From positions 32,798,001 to 32,862,000 of the forward strand of contig NC_043012.1 in assembly GCF_006345805.1 (NCBI RefSeq): DNA of 64,000 nt, read 5' to 3'. This DNA is from Octopus sinensis. Lineage: Eukaryota. How positions within the stretch are numbered: the stretch's first letter is position 1; every line of letters starts with the position of its first letter. Made by a program: the position numbers and the translations under genes. A model generated the notes under the pieces. The model had not been told where the DNA came from. It did not search any database and saw nothing but the letters and a program-made list of their open reading frames with translations. Shown piece after piece: positions 53,214 to 64,000 of this stretch.

Positions 53214-54082
53214 TGTGTATGAGCGTGCCAGCCCAGTCAAACCATCCAACCCATGCCAGCAAGGACAACGGACGTTAAATTATGATGATGATGATAGTAA
53301 TGAGGATACATATCTCAAAGAGCTGTCACTAATCCATGGCACTGTGACCCGGGTCTTCCAACTTCGTTTTAACCAGACAGCTATACTTGTAGCATTAAAG
53401 ACAATGTGTGTGTGTGTATATATGTGTGTATATATATTTAGACATCATGTGATGGTTGTAAATGAGTGTCATAGTCATACTGGCTATGTTGTCCATTTCC
53501 AGTCTTCTGTTGAAAAGATGTCTAGGTATGGAGGGAAATATTACTTCGCTTGGAAACAGGTCAGGGTTGGTGGCAGATGGGACATCTGTCCTTAGAAAAT
53601 CTAATCTGTCTTAGCAAATTCCATCTGACTTATGGAAGCATGGAAAAGGAGATGTTAAATGATGATATGTATGTATACATGTGTATGTGTGTATATGTAT
53701 ATATTGATACACATACACACATGTGCCATATCTATATACACATTCATAGATATATGCATATATACAAGTGATAAATAAGAAATAACAATTCTACTAAAAT
53801 CGCTACCAATATCTGAGAATGGTAATGAAATATATATTAATAATAATATTAATTAATTAGAAAAGAAAATTAATAATAATAATGATGATTTCTAAACAGC
53901 ATAATAAAACTTAACATTATTTATGAAGTTTAATTTTCTATTCTTGATAAGATTATGAGTAACACTAATAATTTTTAATATTAAATAATAACAATATTAA
54001 TACTAATATGACAAAAAGATAATAGTGGAATAAATGTTTACACTTGTATGTGTGTGTGTGCATATATGCTTGTGTATATATG

Positions 54083-54132
<50 letters not shown>

Positions 54133-54519
54133 AGCAATGCAATCAGCTATCTTTAATAATATTCTTTACTTCCTGAACTAACAATTATGGATTTAAATGT
54201 GTAAATATATATACACACACACACACACACACATGTGTGTGTGTGTGTATTTTCATTCATTCAGTGTCCATTTTTCCGTGATAGCATTGCTTGTATAGGA
54301 ATTCATTTTAAGGCAGAACCTTATAACTGGCTGCTTTGCCCTGTTGCAATCACTCACCTCTTTCCAAATGGGTTTTTTTTTTTGTGTTCCATGGGTCGTT
54401 CACAATGCACAGTGACTGGTCACAATCTGAACAAGGAATGTCAAAATCACTATCACTATATTCAACACCATGATAAAAGATATACCAAAGTTCAATCATA
54501 TTTGCAAGCACGTCTTCAT

Positions 54520-54565
<46 letters not shown>

Positions 54566-54941
54566 GCTTGTTTCAGTTTCTGTCTACTAAATCCATACAC
54601 ACAAGCTTAAGTTGGTACTGAGTATTAATAGAAAATACCCAATAAACTTACACAGTCGTGCCTGAAAAATTAAATTTGGATGGCCAAGGGTGGAATGCTT
54701 TTGATTAAATCTTCTGGCATACCAACAATTAAACATTACATCATTACACAACTTATGAAACAATATTGAATAGTAATGCATATTTAGCCTTGGAATAGAA
54801 GTATGAGTATAGGCTTGTGTGTGTGTGTGTGTATATATATTTTTATATATATATATATATATGTGTATGTGTGTGTGTATTTATGTGTGTGTGTGTGTAT
54901 TTATGTGTGTGTGTGTGTGTATATTTATATATGTGTGTGTG

Positions 54942-55037
<96 letters not shown>

Positions 55038-55274
55038 CACTGTGTCTTAGTATATCATCATCATTGTTGTTGCTTTAACATCCACTTTTCCATGCTTACA
55101 TTAGTCAAACACCATTTATTGAGGCAAATTTTTTACAAGCAGATGCCCTTCCTGTTGCCAACCCTTGCCCATTTCTAAATAAGGTATTTCCTCATTACTA
55201 AACATTGTTTTCATGGAAGAATGGAGATGGACACCATGATGGTGATGACTTTTGTGGTGTGTGAATAGACTTCA

Positions 55275-55318
<44 letters not shown>

Positions 55319-55369
55319 GGTTAGCCTTAGGAAGGGCATCCAGCTATATGCCACTGAAATAATTGAAGC

Positions 55370-56629
55370 ATGAAGTAGTTGATAGCTTCCGTTATCTAGG
55401 TGACCAAGTCAGTAGTGGGGGTGGGTGCGCTGAAAGTGTAACTGCTAGAATAAGAATAGCCTGGGCAAAGTTTAGGGAGCTCTTACCTCTGCTGGTGACT
55501 AAAGGCCTCTCGCTCAGAGTAAAAGGCAGACTGTATGATGCGTGTGTACGAACAGCCATGCTACATGGCAGTGAAACATGGGCCGTGACTGCCGAGGACA
55601 TGCGTAAGCTCGTGAGGAATGAAGCCAGTATGCTCCGATGGATGTGTAATGTCAGTGTACATACTCGACAGAGCGTTAGCACCTTGAGAGAAATGTTGTA
55701 CCTAAGAGGCATCAGTTGTGGTGTGCAAGAGAGATGATTGCGCTAGTATGGTCATGTGGCGAGAATGGATGAAGATAGGTGTGTGAGAAAGTGCCAATCC
55801 TTAGCAGTTGAGGGAACCCGTGGAAGAGGTAGACCCAGGAAAACCTGGGACGAGGTGGTGAAGCGCGACCTTCGAACTTTAGGCCTCACTGAGGAAATGA
55901 CCAGCGACCGAGACCTTTGGAAATATTCTGTACGTGAGAAGACCAGGCAGGACAAGTGAGCCCAGCCCACTTATGAATGCCTTTCCTCCCTTGGACACAA
56001 AGACCTGTTGAGGCAAGCGAAGTCGATATAGAACCTCATCCGACGACAGGCACCCATGCCAACCCCCTTGCTTGCGAAGACATGTTGGGGCAAGCGAAAT
56101 CGAATTGAACCAGCCAGGATCCCTGGTCTGGTGGTACGTAAAAAGCACTATCCGACTCGTGGCCGATGCCAGCGCCGCCTCCACTGGCTTCCGTGCCGGT
56201 GGCACGTAAAATACACCAATCTGACCGTACGACAGGCACCCATGCCAACCCCCTTGCTTGCGAAGACATGTTGGGGCAATCGAAATCGAATTGAACCAGC
56301 CAGGATCCCTGGTCTGGTGGTACGTAAAAAGCACTATCCGACTCGTGGCCGATGCCAGCACCCCCTCGTTTGGCTTCCGTGCAGGTGGCACATAAAATAC
56401 ACCAATCCGACCGTGGCCGTTGCCAGCCTCGCCTGGCACCTGTGCAGGTGGCACGTAAAAAGCACCCACTACACTCACGGAGTGGTTGGCGTTAGGAAGG
56501 GCATCCAGCTGTAGAAACACTGCCAGATAAGACTGGAGCCTGGTGCAGCCTTCTGGCTTTCCAGATCCCCGGTCGAACCGTCTAACCCATGCTAGCATGG
56601 AGAACGGACGTTAAACGATGATGATGATG
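55370..56629 (+). mobile_element. 5'-truncated RTE-clade LINE: post-RT ORF2 end, 3' UTR with ~186-bp tandem duplication, (GAT)n tail
   Basis: VVDSFRYLGD...TAMLHGSETWAV...R*LR*YGHVARM...GRGRPRKTWDEVV; premature TGA 55735-37 and TAG 55744-46; natural stop 55957-59; CpG-rich. Confidence 0.92.
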
Positions 56630-57129
56630 CAGTCTTTGGATTTATCAGATCCTATCAAACTATCCAACCCTTTCCAGCTCTCTTTCTTTCTCTCTCTCTC
56701 TCTCTCTCTATCTAATATACACAAGCACACAGCACATGTACTGTGTGATAAGGCTTCAACTATAATAAAACCACAAGTCTTGTGAAATACAGCTACCTAG
56801 GGTTTCCTAGTTGAAATATTAATTTATTTTGCTATTTTTCAAGCTGATAAAAACAAGACAGTTCGTCAGCTACATTCGAAGCAGTTGACATTTGAATGGG
56901 TACACTCATAGATAGAGAGAAAAACACATGGGAAATAACCAACATTACAGCAAACATTACACACATCAAAATTACATAAACAGACTGGAATGATGGTTTC
57001 TGCTAGATGAAATTTTTTAAATGTGGACATAAATAAAAATCTCATTCTTGGGATTTACAAAATGGTGGTGCCCCAGCATGGCCACAGCTCGTGGGCTGAA
57101 ACTAGATAAAATAAATTTAAAAAATTAAT

Positions 57130-57840
57130 AAGCCATTGGATGCTCTTAAGTCCTTTAAAAGATGCAGTTTTTCAAGGGAACATATTGAACATTTTTTCTG
57201 ATCCATTGATATAGGGTTTGATTTTGGAGAACATTTTCCATCTGATGTAGTTAATGATTTTGTTTTTAAGTTTCCATACTAATGCCAAGAGGGTTGTTGT
57301 ATGTCTCTTCTCGTGGTGCCTAAAAGCCAAAAGATGGTTGCTGTATCTGGATTAAAAGTTTTCTTCTGCTGATCCAATGTAACGCTTGGTCTCTGTTCAA
57401 CCATTGGCATTTCATAAACAACAGCGGATATATTGCAAGCCTGCCTAGAAGACATTTAGATTTACCTCTGCACGTGCAGCCAGGATATATTTGAGTCATT
57501 GGTTGTTTATTGATACAGGCCTTTCCGTTAGGAGGCCAAGAACATGTAATTTTAATAGTGTGCCTATTAAATCTCTTTCTGTATCTATAGCTGCTAGGGA
57601 TGGGAATATGTAATAAGTGTAAGAATCTTCTACCTATATTTGTCTGAATAGTTAGGAGGAAAGGCAATATGAACCATAAAATTTTACACAACCTATTCTT
57701 ACGACCAGATAGTTAAGGAGTTGGAGGGTCATAAAATATTAAAATCAGTAAAGCCACTATCTTTTAGAGCCTTATTTTAATATGGGAAGCGTTTTCAAAT
57801 ATTTTTTTAGATGAAGAAATATTTGAAAAGCTTGATTCCT
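57130..57840 (-). pseudogene. Penelope-like retroelement relic: RT thumb, Cys linker and GIY-YIG endonuclease region
   Basis: Frameshifted peptides KALKDSGF, KILWFILPF..TNIGRRFLHLL, RKRFNRHTIKITCSWPPNGKACINK, PGCTCRGKSKCLLG, TTTLLALVWKLKNK..RWKMFSKIKPYING match PLE consensus blocks (AL..SGY, IIWFNPPFS..TNIG..FL, IFNR.TVKISYSC.PN, CNCR...CPL, LS..VW.LK). Confidence 0.8.
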
Positions 57841-60276
57841 AACCATATGGTCTAGCACCTTGAGCAAGTGTCTTCTACTATAGCCTCAGGCCAACCAAAG
57901 TCTTGTGAGTGAATTTGGTTGAAGGAAATTGTGTGTGTGTACGCACACAGTTTGATATTATATACACAGTCATCCATTTTGAAAGCTAACTAGAGGGAAT
58001 ATGACATCAAACTATATGACTTGGGTGGTGGGATGAAGATCATGGTAAATGTAAGGAGAGTGACACTTTTAAGAATGTGGGGTGTCAATAGGAATTTGCT
58101 TGGGGGAGAGGTGAGGGGTAGAGGGAAAGAGAAAAAGAATGTTTGTAAAACCTTTGAACAAATGTGTTGTCTATGAATATATAAATATATATTAAATGCA
58201 TGTGTGTGTGTCTACTTCCTTGTCTTGACACTGTACATTAATTATCACTGCATACAGGCTGTGTCATTTCTGGACAACCTTCCATGAAAACATGTCCACA
58301 CTTGGGAAAACATTACCTTGCTTAGAAACAGACATGGGTTGGTAACAAGAAGAGCATCCATCTTGTAGAAAATGTTTTTCGAGTAATTTTCATCTGACCC
58401 ATGCAAGTATGGAATGGTAGGCATTCAAATGATGATGATGATGAATACATTTTTTTTTTACAAATATCTTCATCAACAAATGAGAAATTATTCATTGCAC
58501 TATGACTAACACAATATAATAGTAATTCTGCAGAATTGTTTGGGCCTTCCTAGTTCCACTGTCCATCATAGTCTGGATGGCATGCAGTATGAACAGCAGA
58601 GCAGTGGACCAACTGTCCTGTAAAATCCATTAAAGTTATTGTTTTGTGTTTTTTAAATTTATATTTGCAGTGCTTGGGTTGGGGATGGCGGTGAAGAATA
58701 TAGTGGAGGGGTGGATGATCATTGTAGTGGTAAGCGGGGAGAGAGACATTCATTAAAATGTTCACTTGGTCTCATTTGACCTTGGTTGTTAGCTGGTTAG
58801 GAATTAATACTAAAATGGACTTTTTTGAATCCCTTTGTAATACATTGTATTTTGTATTTACATATTATAGATGATGTCTGACTTGAACGAAACCAAACTT
58901 ATTGCTTTACTTGCAGTTTAATGAAATATATCTCCTCTAGAATAGTTATGGCCACTTTTTATACCAGGAGTATCAAATTTGGCATAGCAGGATGGATTGA
59001 AGCATAAACTAAATGTCATGGGTCAGATAGGGGTAGTTTCTAGTATTACTAAAATCCTTATTCATGATGTAGGCCAAAATAAATGGATAAAAGGGTCAAT
59101 ATTATAAACTTTATTAATAAAGGAAACAAATGAGGTCTAGCTAAATATGTGTACATATATATGTAATTATATATATACACATATGCAGATACATATATAC
59201 ACACATGCATGGGTGTTCATACTTATATATATTATTATTTTTTTTTTTTGGTTTGAAAGCCACAAAGCTGGATCCTGTTTGAAGGTTTAATGTGATCACT
59301 GCATACTTAATTCACTTGTTTCCAGGGGACCTTCTAGTAGCTTTGTATGTATTCTGCTCATGGTTAGCTTCCTATTTTTATATTTATATATATATATATA
59401 TATATGATGATGATATGAGTGTATATACGTGTGTGTATGTATATACATAGGAATATGAGTGTATGCATGTGTATATATATGTGTATGTGTGTGTATGTAT
59501 ATATATATATATATATATAGTGTGTATGTGTGTATATGTATATACATATATATATATATATATATATAGTGTGTGTGTGTGTATATATATAATATACATT
59601 CATATATATTTATATATAAATATAACATCTGCTGGTCATTATATTGTTACCATTTGTTGTCTCATTCCTGATTAAAGCATGCAGTTTTAACTTCAGCCAC
59701 TCAGAAATTTAGCCTGCGGTGAGGGCAGCAGGAAACTGACCATGAAGCTTTTTTTATCTATTTATTTATATATTTTATTTATTCCACTAACATTTATTTA
59801 ACTCTTTTCATATATTGACAATGCTTATCTCTCTTTTTCTCTCTCTCTCTCTCTTTCTGTCTCCCCTCCCCCCACTCTCTCTATGATAGTTGTATCATCT
59901 GGTTATTGCAACAGTGTGAAAGAAGTAAGATCAATTGTGACTGAGTGATATCATTGTTGGGAATGTCCGTTTGGCTACAGATTTGTTCTAAGTTCATAAT
60001 AGCAATTTCTCAGACAAAAATATGTATATATTTGTCCTTTTAATTGGTTCCTGCAAGAATTTCAGACTAGTGCAGTGACTGATGTTTCATCTCTACATTT
60101 TGAAATCTCAATGTCTGTAGTTGTAACCTTGTCATAAATACTCATATGTACCCAGAGATCCTTAACTTCAGAAAAGATTGGTTTTTGTTATACAACTTAT
60201 CCATATCTTCCAGATGTCTGTCTTAGTCACATATTTGTAGAAAGGTTCCAAACTGTTCACTAAACTTTATATAGTG

Positions 60277-60610
60277 CTAGTGCATGCATATACAGCTGCA
60301 TGCATGCGCACATACACGCGAGTACTGTCCAAATCTCTGACCAATCACATACAGCTAGCTGGCATTCAATTGGCGCATCAAGTTTCACGCTTTTTGATTG
60401 GGTTTTGGATAGAAAATTCACAAAAAAAAACTTCTATTGATTTTTTAATGGCTTTGCGGGGTGACTGGGGAAATGTAAAGATATGCACGACCACCCTTGG
60501 ACGGTTTTGAATGACCATAGAAAGTGCGAGCCCTCTAACTGAAAAATTGTGGATTTGTATAAAGGACACACACACACACGCAGACATTTTGCTGTTTATA
60601 TATATAGAGA
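60277..60610 (-). mobile_element. Helitron-like non-autonomous element
   Basis: Minus strand begins A|TCTCTATATATATAAA followed by (GT)n and ends with a tgcatgca hairpin and CTAG. The hairpin abuts CTAG and the 3' flank is C rather than T, so the fit is imperfect. Confidence 0.45.
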
Positions 60611-60932
60611 TTACATTGACAGCAGGTATTTTGAATTTGCTAATACACTTGAAATAGTATGGCTATTCATTATACAATGATAGTGGTGGCAGTGGAAGCA
60701 GCGGTGGTTTTCTCTGATTACAGATAGTGTATAAACTCTGATAGTATAAGTTTTGTGTGTTCAAATTTATGTTGTAATATTCTGCACTCCTTGTACCATC
60801 ACCCTCAGTATGTATGACATTGATTTACAGGTGTATAATGATGGGTTTTAAGTCAAGCAATCTTAATTTATCGGAAATTCATGCAGAGGATTGTGTGTCT
60901 CTTTCTTCTTTCTCATACACACACACACATAT

Positions 60933-61277
60933 GTGAAGGTGCAAGGCTCAGTGGTTAGAGTGTTAGGCTCACAGTCATGAGGTAGTGAATTGGATTCCCA
61001 GACTGGGTTGCGTGTTGTGTTCTTGAGCAAGACATTTTATTTCACATTGCTCCAGTTCACTCAGCTGTAGAAATGAGTTGCAACATCATCACTGGTGCCA
61101 AGCTGCATCGGCCCCTTTGCCTTTCCCTTGGATAACACTGGTGGTGTGGAGAGGGGAGGCCGGTATACATGGGCGACTACTGGTCTTCCATAAACAACCT
61201 TGCCTGGAATTGTGCTTCAGAGGGTAACTTTCTAGGTGCAATCCCATGGTCATTCATAACCGAAGGGGATCTTTACC
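60933..61277 (+). mobile_element. tRNA-head SINE family C
   Basis: A-box-like ggctcagtggttag, degenerate B-box ggattcc, central gtgttcttgagcaagacattttatttcacattgctccag; a reverse copy lies at ~14380-14592. Confidence 0.7.
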
Positions 61278-61304
61278 ATATACCCATTATACATATATCA
61301 TCAT

Positions 61305-61620
61305 CATTTAACATACATTTTCCCTGCTAGCATGGTTTCTATGGCTGGATGCCCTTCTTAATGTCAACCACTTTACGGAGTGCACTGGGTGCCTTTACGG
61401 AGTGCACTGGGTGCCTTTACGTGGCACCAACACCCATGAGGTGCAAGATTAGGAACACTCAGCTAAAGAGGCATGTAGGGGACATGCATGTATGCAAGAA
61501 CAACCATGATTTTACATGTCTCCTCAAATCCAGCAAACCACCAAGAGTTTTGGTCCCCTGTCATCCCTCTGTGAGGTCCATTATCTGGAGATATTCTCTT
61601 ATCACTTCATCCCACATCAT
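61305..61620 (-). mobile_element. Decayed RTE 3' end
   Basis: Reverse complement gives gatgtgggatgaagtgataagag...cctcacagaggg...gcatccagccatagaaacc...gatgatgat. Confidence 0.7.
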
Positions 61621-62093
61621 ATATAATGATGATGATGATGATAATATATATATATATATATACACATACGCACGCGCATAAACACACACATGGTACATGG
61701 AAACTGAAAGAAGCCCATTGTGTGTGTATGTGTATTATTGTTTCCTTGTGATAGTTGTAAATGAATATCATCATAATGCAAGTGGTGCTCTTTATTTTTC
61801 AATCTTCCATTAAAAATTGTTGTCATGAGGAAAATGATGTTGATCTTCTAGGATTTCTCCACTCATCATCAATGTAAGAAGCACCATTGGCTCAGTTGAC
61901 CTCTTCTGTTACCTCCTGCTGCAGTCCCATGACTTCACCATATCCCTGGCAGGGTAGCTGAACAGGTGCTAATCTTTGCCAAGGGGCAACCAGTAACTCT
62001 TCTGGGGCACGGTCGTCATTCTGTGAAGTATTCAAAATACCTGCATACCTAAGTCATATCTATCTGCCTATGTGTGTGTGTGTAAGTATGTAT

Positions 62094-62142
<49 letters not shown>

Positions 62143-62208
62143 TTATAAAAATGGTAAGACAACAAAAGAATGAAAGAGACCTTGATATTATGTAAATAGA
62201 GGAATTTA

Positions 62209-62401
62209 TCTGTAAATGTAATATGTGACAATTATTTGGTAGCTATGATAAAACTCTTCAGTTATCCGGCCATCGGAAAAAATGCATTTTTTCCGATGGC
62301 CGGATAACTGAAGAGATGGTGGCGTGGATTTCCACCTCGGCATCCGAAACTCGGAGTTTTATCATGGCTACTAAATAATTGTCACATATTACATTTACAG
62401 A
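62209..62401. mobile_element. Fold-back element: 48-bp outer inverted repeats, inner perfect 62-bp palindrome, hammerhead core (Penelope pLTR-like)
   Basis: 62209-62256 vs 62354-62401 match at 46/48; 62254-62315 is a perfect palindrome. Confidence 0.75.
62297..62370 (+). ncRNA. Type I minimal hammerhead ribozyme-like motif
   Basis: Stem I GATAA(62303-07)/TTATC(62359-63), extended by TGGCCG/TGGCTA. Core CTGAAGA 62308-14. Stem II G-C then ATG/CAT with a bulged C. GAAA 62346-49. Stem III ACT/AGT with CGG loop. Cleavage triplet GUU (62356-58). Confidence 0.7.
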
Positions 62402-62769
62402 ATATATATATATATTTATTTATTTATATAAAAGCAAATAAATAAATAACAAACAATGGATAATTGTCAGTTCATTACAGCTGTTTCTAATGCATTTTTT
62501 AATAGATGAGTGATTACATTACATCATAGCAAAAAACTGTTTTCGTCTGGTGATACATAGAATTTCACACAATAGAAGAACAGTCCATGAACACAGTGGG
62601 AACACACCTAGACTCCAGCTCAAGCTGGCCTGGAATGAGAGAATGAACATAGGGCTACAATGACCATTAAAAGGGCTAGAGAGACATTAAGAGTTTAGTT
62701 AGCGGGTAGAAATAACAGAAGGTTTATAGCACCATGTTATTTATTTATCTGCTTATAATACACCAAAAG

Positions 62770-63171
62770 GTTTGACATCTTGGAGTATACCAAACACAGT
62801 GTGTGCTTTGGATCAGCTGCTAGGTGTTGAGAGGCAGTTGGATGGAACTTACACTAACCTCCTTATGAGAGCTCAAAATCTCTCGTGGAAGTGTCATCCA
62901 ACCAATGTACAAATATATGGGAAACTACTTTTTGTGAAAGGTAGAAGAGTCCAGTTTGCTGGACATTGTTGTAGAGCTGAAAACGAGGTAATTTCTACTC
63001 TTCTCCTCTGGAAGCCATCTGCTCGTGATACCAGAGGGCACACACTCTCCTACCCTGATGTAATCTCCAGGCATCCAGCAACAGGACCTCCGTAATGCTA
63101 TGATGGACCGTGAAGTCTGGTGTAGCATAGTAAATTCCATTGTCTTGACCACGGTCGAATAATGATGATGA
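62770..63171 (+). mobile_element. 3' fragment of a second, divergent RTE-type LINE
   Basis: ERQLDGTYTNLLMRAQNLSWKCHPTNVQIYGKL..GRRVQFAGHCCRAENEVISTLLLWKPS..RGHTLSYPDVIS fits RTE-type C-termini (LDG.YT.LLR...N.SW..H.TN..LYG, RR.RFAGH); ends aataatgatgatg. Confidence 0.78.
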
Positions 63172-63642
63172 ATACTCATATGGATTATATTTTCTGTATA
63201 CATAACCTGAATATTTCACTGGATGCACTTTAGTATCCAGTGTATTTATTCGACTAAAGGTGGTGTTTATAAGGTAATTTGACCCAACCTGGTGCCTATC
63301 ATTTAAGTACAGGATTCTCTCCTGAATCCTTAATATTGTGTTTGTTTGTGTGTATAGATGAGATCTAGATATTCTCCATATAGAATACTTATAGTGCTCA
63401 AGGATTCAAACTTGAGTGGGCATAAAAGCAAATTAGACAGATCAATATATAATGTAAATACATGAAATACAAAATATGTATATATATATATATATATATT
63501 TATATTTGAGGATAATATCGATATTTAAGTATCAATATTATCAAGTGGCCAGCATGGAAAAAATACCGTACAAAGGTAATAATTTTTAACAATTAAAAGT
63601 GAGGGTGTCTGAGAGACACCCAGACACCCTCATTTTTAATTG

Positions 63643-63713
<71 letters not shown>

Positions 63714-64000
63714 GTCTAATTCTTGCAGAGTACAAATGATATAGAAAATTAAAGGAGTGGAAGAAAGGCACTACAAATGCAACAGAGACACTCATACCCA
63801 CTTCCGTAGTTGGCATGGGATTTATGTTTGGTTCCCTAATGAGTTATCAATTTAGGATTTATTGAAAACACTCAATCAGTCCACTGCACTAAGTTCTGAG
63901 CTGTTGCCATTTTAAATATGGTTAAATTCCTGATATTGTCGTCAGTTCCAATGCATGAACCTAAGTTAGCATCAATCTTAACCAATTTTGATGTGGTGAG

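Noticed and set aside
55735-55746. Idea that A-to-I editing could rescue the RTE stops (UAG to Trp restoring LRWYGH; UGA to Trp)
   Set aside because: Chemically possible, but the copy lacks the endonuclease and RT core, so rescue would yield nothing functional. CpG decay and a G-to-A change explain the stops.
41045-58800. Intronic snoRNA/scaRNA like those hosted by vertebrate KHDC4
   Set aside because: I could not find a convincing C/D pair with terminal stem or a hairpin-ANANNA-hairpin-ACA layout by eye; an Infernal/snoReport scan is needed.

Overview
AT-rich, microsatellite- and SINE-dense metazoan genomic DNA; the repeat landscape looks like an octopod cephalopod (inference, not tested). 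The only host gene I can support is a + strand KHDC4/BLOM7 (KIAA0907) orthologue, a KH-domain splicing-associated protein. Nine internal coding exons lie at 5641-46680 (926 nt spliced) and join into one open frame only if intron 34221-36956 is a GC-AG intron. The start codon is not recognisable in the window, and neither are the Pro-rich C-terminal exons. Introns hold decayed mobile DNA: two RTE-type LINE 3' fragments plus many short elements sharing one RTE tail, three tRNA-head SINE families, mariner and Tc1/maT transposase relics, hAT-, TTAA- and mariner-type MITEs, a Helitron-like element, and a Penelope-like RT-thumb/GIY-YIG relic. Two themes deserve follow-up. (1) Several fold-back or short elements carry minimal hammerhead-ribozyme cores. 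One at 62297-62370 is nearly intact and sits inside a perfect 62-bp palindrome that could lock it off; a Penelope-like coding relic lies in the same window. (2) Candidate unproductive or alternative splicing features cluster in KHDC4: a GC/GT tandem donor, an 81-nt intron leading to a short terminal exon, two phase-compensating cassette exons, and an ~11.5-kb TE-depleted zone. All splice and ribozyme claims are sequence-based predictions, and repeat coordinates are approximate.
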